DNA from: Eledone cirrhosa
Taxonomy: Eukaryota
DNA: 64,000 nt
Direction: 5' to 3'
Assembly (NCBI GenBank): GCA_964016885.1
Contig: OZ024746.1
Span: forward strand, 90,210,001 to 90,274,000
The notes below the pieces were generated by a model. The model ran no database searches and was not told the origin of the DNA. It saw nothing but the letters and a program-made list of their open reading frames with translations. A program made the position numbers and the translations under genes. Shown piece by piece: positions 1-13,416 of this stretch. Position 1 is the first letter of the stretch; each line of letters starts with the position of its first letter.

Positions 1-310
1 GGGATGCACCACGTGATATTTCTGTGTCAAACTTGTTCACGTGACAGGCATAATTTCATTTATAACCAATGAAATTACAGTTATAAAAAAGAACCAAACT
101 TCATTAATATATGAAACAACACCCTGAACCACCCCCATTGTATCAAGAACTTTGTAACGCAAACTGGCGCGAATTTATTATACTTATAGAGCAACCAATC
201 AAATTACTTCTCTAAAAACCTGACGTTTCGAGGTACTTTTTTCCATATAAAACAAGTAACATTCAAGCACCAAGCAGAAATGAGAAAGACCACAGACCCT
301 CCATATCAAT

Positions 311-353
311 TCTACTTTTGAAAAGCAGAAGAACTGCGAAACCGGTAAAAGAA
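311..353 (+). ncRNA. Minimal type I hammerhead ribozyme, U3-A8 core variant (family A)
   Basis: TTGAAAA (318-324) + stem II GCAG-aagaa-CTGC + GAAA + palindromic stem III ACCGGT + A (GUA triplet). Stem I is weak and T/A-rich. Confidence 0.6.
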
Positions 354-441
354 CCAAATACATATATATATTTTTTTTAAAATAAGACTCCAGTTGCATT
401 TTCGATTTCATCTTTTTTTCTTTATATATATATACATATAC

Positions 442-525
<84 letters not shown>

Positions 526-922
526 TCTTAAAAACAACTGTCACTGTAACAACAAAATAACAACAGGTTATGGTTTCTGTTGTTTGGAGAGAAATACCGG
601 GAGAGTGTGTGTCTGTGTGTATGAGCACGTGTGTGTGGATGCATGTGTTCGTGTGTGTGTCATATGGATAGGTAGTGAGTCTAGAATTTTAAGTGAAAGT
701 TTGTCAACAAGATTGAAAAAAATCGTGTCTGTGTGTCTCTGTATAATTTCAATTTATAGACAAACACATCATAGACTTCAAAAAAGATCATGCCAGTGTT
801 CCGATACTCATATAATACATATATTTACTTGTACAGTTGTATTTGTTTGTGTATTTTCCCGGTAGCGGGTGACGAGCTAGTGTTTATAATAAAATAATTT
901 TGTTGCACCTACCATACACACA

Positions 923-991
<69 letters not shown>

Positions 992-992
992 C

Positions 993-1546
993 TTTAAGTC
1001 GTTTGGAAGCCTCGACAATGCAAATGGGTAAATCTCCGGGTAACAAGATCCGGTGGTGGAGAGAGAGATGTAAGTGGGTGTACGTTGAGATGCGTGGTGT
1101 GTATAAGACGTGTAGAAGAATGAAGGAAAGAGTATAAAGGATAAAATAAAAATAAGAACACGAGAGAGAGTTACCTTGGGAAAGATTTAATTGTCCCTAT
1201 ATATTTCGGATTCACATCCATAAACTGGGTTTGTTTTCAAAACAACAAACAGCGGAGGACGCGTTTCGCACCTTTCCGACAGGTAACCTTTCTCCCACCC
1301 CGGAAAAAACCCCAATTGATGGATGTGAATCCAAAATATATAGCGACAATTAAATATCTCCCAAGGTAACTCTCTCTTGTGTTCTTATTTTTATTTTATC
1401 ATTTATACTTTTTCCTTCATTCTTCTACACGTCTTATACACACCAAGCATCTCAACGTACACCCAGTTACATCTCTCTCTCAACCACCGGATCTTGTTAC
1501 TCGGAGATATACCCATTTGCATTGTCGAGGCTTCCAAACGACTTAA
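993..1546. repeat. Fold-back element, ~230-bp inverted arms, between (TA)n tracts
   Basis: 993-1225 is the reverse complement of ~1315-1546 (tttaagtcgtttggaagcctcgacaatgc / gcattgtcgaggcttccaaacgacttaaa) with scattered mismatches. Confidence 0.9.
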
Positions 1547-1597
1547 ATATATTTACCTATTATTCCACAATGCTTCAAGCAAACTTCCATACTCTCT

Positions 1598-1715
<118 letters not shown>

Positions 1716-2841
1716 TTTAGGAAAGAAACAGTAACATGTTAGCGCTCGATGTAGTGTTGATGTGAATATATCATCGATACAAAGCGATATTTACTTTTAT
1801 GGAAAATTGTTATTTTAATATATGTCATTCAATATCAAAAAGCTACCTAGTCAGATATAGAATGTTCAACAAGAAAATATCTTTCTGTGAAATAATGCAT
1901 TGTTGTACGTTCGTTTCTGTAGGAAATGTTCAAATAAATAACGTCGGGTTAACTAATTGATAACTGGTATCTATATCCATGCTAATAGACTCACAAAAAT
2001 AGATATGTTGGATTGACTATCACCGGAGGAAATGACGTTGTGAGATTATTAAATAGATACAAACAATATATGCCGTGGGCAAAAGCGAGATTGAAGCAAA
2101 AACGAAGCAAACAATGAAATAAGAATGAAAGAATGAAAAGTAGAAACTGAAAACTAAATATTAGTAAATAAAGTATAAAACGTAAAAAGGAAAACTACAG
2201 TATACAAGAACAAAAATAGTAAAAATAAAGATATAATATATGAATGCAAAATATATTATACACATTCATTCACAGACATATATACATTTAAGGCCAGAAA
2301 TCAGATGAGACATTCAACTCTGATGATCCCCGTCAGATAGTTATTTGTGATCCAATGTACGCAGTGATAAATGAAACTGGCCGTACACACACGTATACAT
2401 ACACACACACATATATATACACACCCACACACAAACACACACTCGCGGCCATCTATATAAATAATCAACTATCATACAAAACTGTCTCAGATAAATAAAA
2501 ATGCACATACGCGTTAATTCTATTTCATGGGCATTACATACAAGTTATGAAAAAATAAGACTCATTTTAGACATGGAATTACTGAATCGAAATGCTGAAG
2601 GGAAGTTAGCAGAATTCAAAGTGAAGACAATGCCGATAATATCATTAATAATGTAGACAATGACGACGACAGTGTTTCTAATGAGTATGATGATCATGAA
2701 CCATAATCGGATAGTGAAATGGATAAAATTACAATAACAATATGGCCTGATTGGTGTTGCTACGGTGGTTTGGAAAATTAAGTTTGAAATATTTATCATC
2801 ACTTGGAAACCGCTGCATGTATGTGTTATAATATTTTAGAT

Positions 2842-2885
<44 letters not shown>

Positions 2886-2918
2886 ATATATATATACATA
2901 CATATATATATATGTATG

Positions 2919-2971
<53 letters not shown>

Positions 2972-4112
2972 GTCCATGTGTGTGTGTATGTGTGCGTGTA
3001 CGTGCGTGTGTGCGTATGTGTGTACATGTGTGTGTGTGAATGTGTGTGTGTACGGTTCTGTGAATGTTCCTATAATTTCAATCATGAGTTTTGGTTAATG
3101 TATGTAGGGATGTGAAAATGCATGGGGAATGAGCCTGAATCTAAATTATAAAAACACTGCTGGGAATGAGATCAAAAGATATTCAGGTATTGTATTTGCC
3201 AATTCGACACGCATATTGTATAAAATCCTTTCTCGAAAAATCTCTCTATGCCCGTCTGAACAGAATTACTCATAATTACAGATTAATTATTCACGTGCAC
3301 CTTAATGGATTATGCAATTACGATGCAATACAGAAACACACAATGTATTCTAATATTTTGTTGAGGTTATTTTGGTTGGGTTTCTTTTATGTAATATTTT
3401 TTTTTCGTTTCTGGTATGCAAAACTAAAACAATTCTAAATGGCTTATTGCATATGTTATGTAAAAATATGGGCTTAGAGATTCAGAGATTGCATTTAGGC
3501 AAAGGCGTAGTGTTTAGTCCACAGAGAAAACCAGCCATTAAAAATTATAGATGCGATTCGTCCATTGAATTTAACATATAACAACGTGCCAAAATAAAGC
3601 GGATATTTTAGATTCTTGAATCAAATAGGTTATAGTTGATGTGGATAAAATCCAAACACTTTATGGAGAAGTAAGTAATTTAATACTTACTAAAAATTAT
3701 AGCTGTCGTATTTCTCTTAATTATTCTTACCAAACGTACGAGTAATGCATGCTAATGCAAGAGCGGGTGTTTCGATAAAATTAAAGAGCATTGTTATTTT
3801 CATAAACTCCTGGATATTGCCATTTAATACGCTGTTAAAATATAAACATTTGGTGCAATATTTGTGGGTATGACACTTTTGGAATTGCAAAAGACATTGC
3901 GTGTATCTCCTAGATGTCGCTAAACCGGTTCTCTTCCGTGCATCGCATATAACATTCAAGTTAACATCATTCTTTTGGAACTATAGAATACAGTTAAATT
4001 GCGTCTATATCCAGTTCTGTCTATATGTATATATGTATATATTTATATGTATATAGGTATGTATATAGAGAGAAGACCACCTTCGGTCACGAATGACCAT
4101 GATATTGGCATA

Positions 4113-4187
4113 TTGAAAGTTTCCCACCGAAACACAAGTCCGAGCAAAGTTGTTTGTGGAAGACCAGTAGTCGCCCAAGCATACCAC
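4113..4187 (-). mobile_element. 3' fragment of SINE family 2
   Basis: Reverse complement matches the 3' part of the 41847-42180 copy (tggtatgc...cttccacaaacaac...cttgtg). Confidence 0.6.
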
Positions 4188-6024
4188 TCATATAACTTTT
4201 ACTATCCCTTTTGCTGTTAAACGTTGTAAGTTGGTGGTATGTACGTTTTTCATATACAATGATTACTATCATAGATCATAACGTCGAACAAAGATAAGGT
4301 TTTTTGTTCTCAATAGAAATGTATATGTTTCCTCTCTTTCCTCAGAAGTAAAGTTACTATGTACAAAATATATGTTGGTTGACAGAAATGAACTTCTTTA
4401 CACCTGGTTGTTACCCAACTCAGATTTTAGTTTAAGATTATGATATAGTATATAACTATATTTGGGATAATTTATTATATCACTCTTACAGGTTCTATAA
4501 TAATTTGAAGTTTGGTTTAAGTAATGTACTTGTAGTTAAGAGAGTCATGAAACATTTGTCGTACGCATCAGAATACGATGTGGTATGAATAGAAAAATAT
4601 CAGCCCGACACTTTTGAGTTGTTTGCATGTTTCATTTCTGGTTGTTTTCAATAGCATCTATGGATATGAATTGTTTTCTTTACAATAGTTGTCTAGTGAG
4701 CCGTTTGTCAATAAACTTGTGAAACCTTGTTGATGCAAATGTAGTATAGTGGTGGATCTTCCTATTACAATTGTTACAATTATATATCTGCTCTCAGCCG
4801 CGTTAATTGTGGCCAGCATATGTTGCTAAACCCATTGCAAAATCAAAGAAACTTTATACGCATGAGTAAAGATGATTTTCGTAATTGGGCAGATCAATTA
4901 GTATGAACTGAAAGCAGTGTTTAACTACTCCCCGATGACATGCCATTATATATATAACTAGATGATCTGTGAAATTGTTGCATGAGTATTGTGGAAATAA
5001 TTGAAGAGGGAAGCATTGTATTGTAACAGATATCTAAGAATCTCTATTCAGATTCATGACAGAATATTGAAATGAGTTCTGCATCATATGATAACAGCTG
5101 TTCCACGTATCTTCACACATAACATAGTCAACGTGGAGTAAATATAGGTTAAGCAATCATAACTGTTGTACATTTTATAAGATAGTGAATGAAGTTATAT
5201 TGGTGTAAATATACACAGGTGGAAGCAAACATCTAGTTCTGAATTTAAATATGTCAGCCATACCAGGAAGTACATAAAACCTATGATAGTTGTGTCTCAG
5301 AATTTCGGACACCAACTACAATAATTAAAACACATTTTGAAGACCTTGCGCTATCATTTTTAAAGTAGTGACTAGTTACTTACTTCTTTTTTTTGGCAAA
5401 AGAAGAGAGAGAAGCTGACAGATTCTGTTTCACTTTGAGAGATTCTGTTTCATGCCTTTGCCAAAACCTATAGAGTCTTAATTCTTACAGAATTCCAGTA
5501 ATAATCAGGAACTGCTTTTACAGAGCAATTGCCGGTCCAGCAAAAAAAAAAAAAAAAATTAGGATTGGTGCTTTGAAATAGCGATGTATAAATGAATGTA
5601 TGTATAGTATATTTGGCAATATACCGTATGTTTAATTAAAAACATTTTGAAGACCTTGCACTTCCATTATTAAAGTAGTGACACCATTATCGGTATGTTC
5701 TTCAGACTGGTAATGTAGCAACTCTCTATATCACCCTGAGACAATCATCTGCCAAACGCGCGTGACAGGTCGATGCGCAATAAAAATGTAATACATATGA
5801 ACGAAATTTCCTCCTTTTTAAAATATATATATATACACTCTGCCTGAGCTTGTTTTGGTACCACCACCTATAATTTACGGAAACACATAAACTATATATA
5901 TATATGTATATGCTTGTATGTAGTCTGTATGTGTTTGTATGTGTATGTGTATGCATATATATATTCATGACCGAATAACCATAATATCATAACAATACCA
6001 TAATATTATTAAAATACATTTTAA

Positions 6025-6214
6025 GGCGGTGGATTGGCAGTATCGGTAGAGGGTCGGACGCCATGCTTTCCAGCATAGTTACGTCCCTTTACGATCTGAG
6101 TTCAATTCCCGCCGAGGTTGACTTTGCCGTTCATCCTTACGGGGTTGATAAAATAAAGTACCAGTAATGCACTGGGGAATTGCTGGCCTTGTGCCTAAAG
6201 TAGAAACAATAATT
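6025..6214 (+). mobile_element. tRNA-derived SINE family 1 (Meta-domain-like), full length with TSD
   Basis: A-box-like tggcagtatcgg, B-box-like gagttcaattccc, central ttcatccttacggggttgataaaataaagtaccag. 16-bp TSD attaaaatacatttta at 6008 and 6212. Confidence 0.85.
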
Positions 6215-6558
6215 AAAATACATTTTATTTGCAAGCAACCAAATTTATTAACACCATCTGTGTAGACTAAATTAATAACTTCAGCCTCGTGCGACAGCGG
6301 TAGTTGAGAGAAAAAAAATCGTCAATTATATTCCCGTGCATGATACTCACTGGAGCTACTGAGAATACATAGTATTCTCATATGCACAAATCGGCTTATT
6401 AGCCTCATTTGAATACCGATCGAATTTAAAGACAATAATATAATTTAAAAAAAATTATTTTCTCTATTTACATGTTTGATACCTAAATCTATTCGTAAGT
6501 GTATAACATTCATATATATATATATACATATATATATATTTCATTTATATGTATATAT

Positions 6559-6600
<42 letters not shown>

Positions 6601-6919
6601 AGAAAAAAGAGAATCAGTGTTGCGACGAATTGAATTTATTGGATATATTACAATTGTTTCTCGGGCGACCAGTTGGAGGCACGATCGATGTGCTGATCAA
6701 ACCTGACTCTGAAATCGCGCGGTCCTCGGATAAGTCTCGATTCTACGAACCACACTTTCCTATAGGTGGCCTGAGAAACAATTGTAATATGTCCAATAAA
6801 TTCCTTTCGTCGCAACACTAAATTCTCTTTTTTTCTGTGATATCATACTCTACTCTATGAGGGCATCGAGTGCTCATACGGCTTATCGCATACGGACGCT
6901 TGAACCATCCGACACCAAT

Positions 6920-7025
<106 letters not shown>

Positions 7026-7384
7026 GGTGTGTGTGAATATGGGGTGCACCCGGGCCCGTGTTTGTGCGTGTGGGCTTGCAACGATGTGGGTTGACATACA
7101 CGCATATGTACTCTATGCCGAATTAAAAACGGTGGTCCTCTGCATTTCCGGATTTTGACACTCAGGTTATAGTAATTTACACACCACTCTTGCCTCATTA
7201 GCTCTTAAAACGCTCCACCCCATGATATTGTAAAGATCGTAATCCTTTGCATTACCCGATTCTGAGACATAGCCTTTATACTTCAGTCAATATTTTCCAA
7301 ATCTTTCAAACTTTAATATTGGCTATAACACACACTCACTTTAATCTTCTTTGATATTTGATATTGGCTATAACAAACGCGCAT

Positions 7385-7530
7385 TTTATTCTATTTTATT
7401 TATTTATTTTTTTTTTTTTAGTTCTTCATTTTATTGTATCTTATCTTATTATTTTATTATTTTTTTATTTTATTTTATTTTATTTTATTTTATTTTATTT
7501 TATTTCTTCATTTTACTTTATCTTATTTCA
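7385..7530. repeat. (TTTTA)n-like simple repeat
   Basis: Seen directly. Confidence 0.8.
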
Positions 7531-7619
7531 TTATCTGTCTGGCACCCCCCACCACGTGAAAGGGTGGTAGGATTGATACCAGCCCACGCACACTCATTCT
7601 TCTAAGGACAGTTGGAATA

Positions 7620-8044
7620 GAATTAAGGCTGACCTTCCAGCTAACCCCCTAACACCAATAAACACAAGGGAGGAGGTCAGCTGTACTTCACAAAAACAAC
7701 CACAACAGATTGTCTTGCCTCAGAAAAAAATGTCTATAGACTTTTGACTGAGGAATGTTCTCACAACTATGACCAATGGGAGGAAAGAGTTAATATGATG
7801 CCAACATTCGTTTGTTCGAATTCATATGATTCCAGTTCCTCAGAGAAATAACAACCCAACCAGGAGCTGGACATATCAGAGTATTAACGGAGTAAAACAC
7901 TTTAACAGCATGTGTACCTGTCTCTACCACACCAATTCGGACTGCCTGAAGAGGTCACAGCCAATGATGGCTGTCACCGAAATATATATAGCAGTACGTG
8001 TTTAATAAACAAAGCCAAATTTTAAATATTTGACTTAATAATTT

Positions 8045-8050
<6 letters not shown>
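7620..8050 (+). mobile_element. HHR-bearing non-coding PLE-type repeat (family B), copy 1
   Basis: Homologous to 15410-15850. Ends at (TA)n and contains the HHR at 7941. Confidence 0.75.
7941..7995 (+). ncRNA. Type I hammerhead ribozyme (family B), intact
   Basis: Stem I ACTGC/GCAGT; CTGAAGA; stem II GGT-c-ACAGCCA-atga-TGGCTGT-c-ACC; GAAA; palindromic TATATA stem III; AUA site. Confidence 0.85.
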
Positions 8051-8081
<31 letters not shown>

Positions 8082-8082
8082 G

Positions 8083-8240
8083 CAATTATCCCAGTGCATT
8101 ACTGGTACTTTATTTTATCGACCCCGTAAGGATGAAAGACAAAGTTAACCTCGAGGGATTTGAACTCAAACCATAAAGGGCCGTAACTCTCTGCTGCAAA
8201 GCATTGCGTCTGACACTCTACCGATACTGTCAAACCACCG
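8083..8240 (-). mobile_element. SINE family 1
   Basis: Reverse complement of the 6025 copy. Confidence 0.85.
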
Positions 8241-8515
8241 TTAGTTATAATGGTAGGTCTGTACATTTTTATTTACTATTTTAATGAATATGTATTTTCC
8301 CCTCCTTTCGTAGACTTTATGCTTTTCACTCTAGTGGTTCTCTACCCATCGTAATAGAAAACATTCCCTTCTGTGTTTTCTTCTTTAAATATTGTATTAT
8401 GAAGAGCCCGGTACATTTCCTTGAACTCATTTAATTACAGGTGATTAACGCGAGTTTTGACTTCATTTTCTCATTTTATATGTGCATACATACATAGATA
8501 CATACATATATACAA

Positions 8516-8556
<41 letters not shown>

Positions 8557-9392
8557 GACCCGAACCGAATATGGTCTTTGACATCATCAACATGGCCCGT
8601 ACGGAAAATAGTGAAAATTGACACAAAGTGGGTAGTCTTCTTATGATAAATCAAATACTGATCCCACATCAATTTAAGAATTTCTACAAATCTCAGCTGA
8701 AAATCAGAATGAACAATGGGTGCCACGTGGATATTTAAAACACAAACGAAGTGATGTCACTAATATTTAGCAGCAGAAGTGTATAAGAACAATCTTTAGA
8801 TGAATCAGACGGCCAAGGCTCCTTGCTCATTTGGGTCATAGACAAATGCACATTTGTTTTCGTTGATGGTCATCCTCTTATAATCTTAGGTCACATTAAT
8901 TCTAATGACGACACCATGTCCAGGCATCGTGATAACTGCTCCACCTCTGCAGGATTTCACACGTCTAGAATTTCTTTCATGCTCTGAGAAATAGAGAAAG
9001 AAGGTCGTCAAACTCATTCGATTTAAAGTGGATTTGTAAACCTTATTCCCTAAATATTAACGTAGGCCCTTAAATAAAATAAACTTATCATTGTTTTACT
9101 CGCGTAGAAACAAATACCCACATAAACCCGTCATTACAAGGTCCAAAATAACATCTCAATTTACCTCAATTATTCTAGCAAATGTGTTAAGTTGGTTAAA
9201 GGCCACAACACCCATGGCGATGCGTGAATATGAGACAATGTTATTATAAATATTGACAGGTAGCATAGATGTTAGTGATTACTATTTTCATTTTTTGCTT
9301 GTAAGCACCTTCATACATATGTAGAAATACAACTACACAACGTAGACACATCCCTTTATATCTATATATATCTATATATCTATATATCTATA

Positions 9393-9506
<114 letters not shown>

Positions 9507-9603
9507 AATTAAAATACTAGAGTATGTTGGAGTTAAACACACTCTTCATATTATAGAAATGACAGTATAAGATATAGCTCAATGTAATTAAACAGAGCCG
9601 AAG

Positions 9604-10789
9604 AATTATAAAAAAATAAACCAAAGAAGCCTTCAATACATCCACACTTAATATCCGCCCCTTCTATTATACTATATATAAATTTTGCTTAATAGAAATT
9701 CTGAGATATTTTCTCTGATATATATATTACCATCATATATATTACCATCATCTTTATTATTATTAATTTTTTTACAACTTTTCGATTTTTGTTTCCATAG
9801 TCTTTTGGCTACCATACCCTACCTATTGTCTTAAGCATTATTATAGTTTCACTACGAACACCTTATGTGTTTATATCTTATTAAATACTTTGGTTGGAGT
9901 CTCATTCAACTAATGTACCTCCTCCTCTACACACTTAATATCCGCCCCTTCTATTATACTATATATAAATTTCACCTTTATGCTCCTTTTAAGATATTAT
10001 ATAATATATCGATTTTACTTTTATGCTCCTTCCTATCCTCCATAACCTCTCTTCTTTCTGTTCCCATTGGTCTACCATAGTTCTATTTAGAGTCCTTTTA
10101 TTTGATAACGTTATTCAACTGAACGGAGCATATTTTACTCTATTCTTGATAATTTTATTGCAATATCTCAAACTTATACGTTTTTGATTACTTAAAATAT
10201 AGCCAATTTTGAAGTGACTAAATATGTATTTTAAATACTTTTAATATTAATTAATTTAAAAAGGTTTTCTAGTCAATTCGCCGCTTACATTTCTATCTCT
10301 TCTTTTACTTAACCGCTTGTGACACCTAAGTAAATATACTTGTTTTTGTTTTTCGATCTCCGGTTTATTTAATTTAATTTTTTACTACTACACGCTGTTT
10401 GTCTGACCATGTAATTTCATTAATATATGTCTGTATGTCAAACACGTAAATATATTTTGTAATATTTTGTGATATTTTGGTAATATTTATGCCAATGTAA
10501 AATGACTTAACCTCCGTGTATTTGTTACAATGGTATAGATATTTTTTTCAACTCAATTTTTTCAACACTATTTAGTTCTATATGATTTTTTTTCTTACCC
10601 TGTGTAAAACTTTATACTATTTGTTAACCTTGAATTAATTATGTACATGATGTAATTTTGTATATATTTTGATGCCAATATATTGTTATTATAATGTTAT
10701 TATAATGTTTTTATATTATTTATGTACACAGACAGGGAATTATATATTATATTTTATTTTTATTTTTATCTTTATTATATTATACTGTA

Positions 10790-10824
<35 letters not shown>

Positions 10825-10863
10825 AATACTTAATAAGTGTTAGTTTGTGTTTGTACTAATGTA

Positions 10864-10929
<66 letters not shown>

Positions 10930-11309
10930 TTAATCTTTTTATTATCACCATCTATTATATTATATTATGTTCGATATCGTACTGTAATATCTCGCATTAT
11001 ATTGCCTTTTGTGTTTCAAGTTTTTGCATTATATAATAATTACAATGTGGGTTCAACATGTTAATCACTTCCTTGCTATTTGGTCTATATCTATGTTTGT
11101 AATTGCTCGCTCTTAATCTTAGCCTACTTTTCCTTGATAACCTTCCTAGGCTTTAATAGATGTATACTCCATATTCTTCTGAGTTTTTGGCTTGTATTGG
11201 CCGATAGTGCTTCTTGTAGCTTTACTTGCCCTGATGAGTCCTTAATAGGACGAAACATTGTTGGCTAATAAAGACTTTTGATGTATTGAAGGCTTCTTTG
11301 GTTTATTTT

Positions 11310-11316
<7 letters not shown>
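9604..11316 (+). mobile_element. AT-rich element with ~37-bp terminal inverted repeats and a 3' HHR (family C)
   Basis: attataaaaaaataaaccaaagaagccttcaatacatc (9604) is the reverse complement of 11280-11316. (TA)n on both flanks. Confidence 0.65.
11228..11265 (+). ncRNA. Minimal type I hammerhead ribozyme (family C), intact
   Basis: GCC-CTGATGA-GTCCT-taat-AGGAC-GAAAC-att-GT-T-GGC. Confidence 0.85.
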
Positions 11317-11392
<76 letters not shown>

Positions 11393-11475
11393 GTTATTCC
11401 GGGTTGAATCGGAGGTAACCACAGTAAGTAAGGTACTCAATACATTGCAGAGTATCACAGTTTTAATATAGATGA

Positions 11476-11519
11476 GATTCTACAGGACTAGAACTGTTTC
11501 ATTCTTTAGAAATCATCAT
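11476..11519 (-). ncRNA. 5'-truncated HHR (family F)
   Basis: Reverse complement is tgatgatttctaaagaatgaaacagttctagtcctgtagaatc, matching 28316 and 50841. Confidence 0.65.
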
Positions 11520-11554
11520 ATACAGACATATATATATATAAGAAAAGAAAATAG

Positions 11555-11613
11555 TCAGGACCCCGACGGCTGAGCTCCACCGGGCATTTGGAGCTCAGTC
11601 ATCGGGGTCCTGA
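11555..11613. repeat. GC-rich hairpin (~25-bp stem)
   Basis: gtcaggaccccgacggctgagctcca ... tggagctcagtcatcggggtcctgac. A related hairpin lies at 32105-32156. Confidence 0.8.
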
Positions 11614-11701
11614 CTCATTTCATATTACCCACTCACCCACCCTAAGTATTGAGTACTCTGGTGCTTTATGTTCCACCTCTTATCGTACCACACCTTCTTT
11701 G

Positions 11702-11759
<58 letters not shown>

Positions 11760-13267
11760 ATTCACATATAGCGTGCGTGTATGACAGGGTCTGTGATTGA
11801 TCGTTTGTGTTGTGTGTTTACGAACTTATGTATATATATATTATGCAATGAAAGGCATACGATTTACTGATTCCTCTCACGCTATTTCCCTGTCTGTCTG
11901 CCTGTCCCCATCTCTCTTTCGCTCTCTTTATCTCTAACTCACTAGTTTCTAGCTAATATTTTTACCTTAAATGAGCATGTGTAGGTCAAAGAAAATACAG
12001 ATGTGCACATTTTCTCTTTTGTAGTGATCTAATCTATTCCAAAACGTAGAATGTTACTATCAGATTCTTTTGAAATCTACAATAATTTTCATTTCTATGT
12101 TCTATCCAATCTTATATACGCGTTTAAAAATCGATGAGAATTTGTGGATTCTTGAAGTACACTCTCGTAGTAAAATAACTGATTGCAATAGATTCAAATG
12201 TTCAGTGTCTCGTTAAAGTAGATAGATTAATTTAAAAGTACGTCGTTCTCAACTGATATTCATGTTCCAGATTATTGGGTGATTTATTTCATTTTTATAT
12301 GGAAATTCTCACATGAATAACATGATATATGAAAATACATTATTCCTCACTTTCATAGTTCTATTTATCGTTCTCTCACATTTAATAAGCAATGTGTGAT
12401 AAATGTGATTGGGAAAGCTTATATGCTTTGATAACTACATAGCAGACTTTCACAACCACGGTGTTTGAAACAGTATTTAATTCTAGTTGGTTAATAGTTT
12501 AACAAAAATATGTTTAGCTTTGTTCTTTTATACACATTTATCGACTGACAATAACATAAAATATATGTATGTAGCTAGGTAGATAGCTATTTATATCTAT
12601 CACACTTTCTCTCTATCTATCTTTCCTTGACAATTTTATCTATTTACCGTCTTATCTGTCTGCTTACACTGTATGTATGCCATCTATCAACCTACTTACA
12701 TACATATCTGTCTATCTATTTGTCTCTATCTGTTTATATATCTGTCTATCATTGTTAAAAAGTTAGTCTTTTTCTTAACTATATATTGAAAATGTAAACA
12801 CAATATCATTTGTAACCCTTAAATTATATATAAATTAATAACAGCATGTATAATAATAATATTTATATTTTTATCTATTTATATAAATATGTATATAATT
12901 GACTGGTTGTAATATAATAAGCTAAAGTGTACTTACAACCTTAATTTCTCATACAATCTAATTATATAGATTATCTATATATTTTAAATATTTGGAGTAG
13001 TTTCTACGACTTCAACACATTTAAAATTTTTAATCTTGAAATCTAATACTAATATTAGCCTCCCTTTCTTCTTTCTTTATCTTCTTTTATAAAGTATCCT
13101 AATAATTACTTAAATTTACCTAGCATCTAAATATAACGATTTTTCAGTCTAAGCTTATACTTCATTTACATATCAATCCTAAAGATTTGAAATCTGTCTC
13201 TTTTTCTTTCACTATCCGAACGGAACCTGAACTGATAAGGTCTGGTTTCTCGGGTATGTCACTATTT

Positions 13268-13328
13268 ATCTTATCTGGTGAGTGCGTACCATTTTTTTTT
13301 GGTACCCTTGAAATATATATAATAAAAT
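13268..13328 (+). ncRNA. Decayed HHR (family D)
   Basis: atcttat-CTGgTGA-..gtacc(tttt)ggtac..-GAAA-tatatata-ataaaat. Downstream flank is shared with 22304 and 32488. Confidence 0.6.
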
Positions 13329-13372
13329 AAATATGGTTTTATAAATATAGTTTACATTTATTAATAGCATTG

Positions 13373-13416
<44 letters not shown>

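Noticed and set aside
215-240. GAAACGTCAGG on the minus strand as an HHR half
   Set aside because: No matching CTGANGA or stem II was found upstream.
2545-2800. Acidic peptide resembling a piggyBac N-terminus
   Set aside because: Low complexity, with no catalytic motifs or TTAA/TIR evidence.
5322-5690. ~55-bp direct repeat containing ttgaaga
   Set aside because: No GAAA or stem III, so it is only a short old duplication.
6025-6110. tRNA gene calls for SINE heads (also 19513 and 44535)
   Set aside because: A and B boxes are present, but there is no complete cloverleaf and they continue into SINE bodies.
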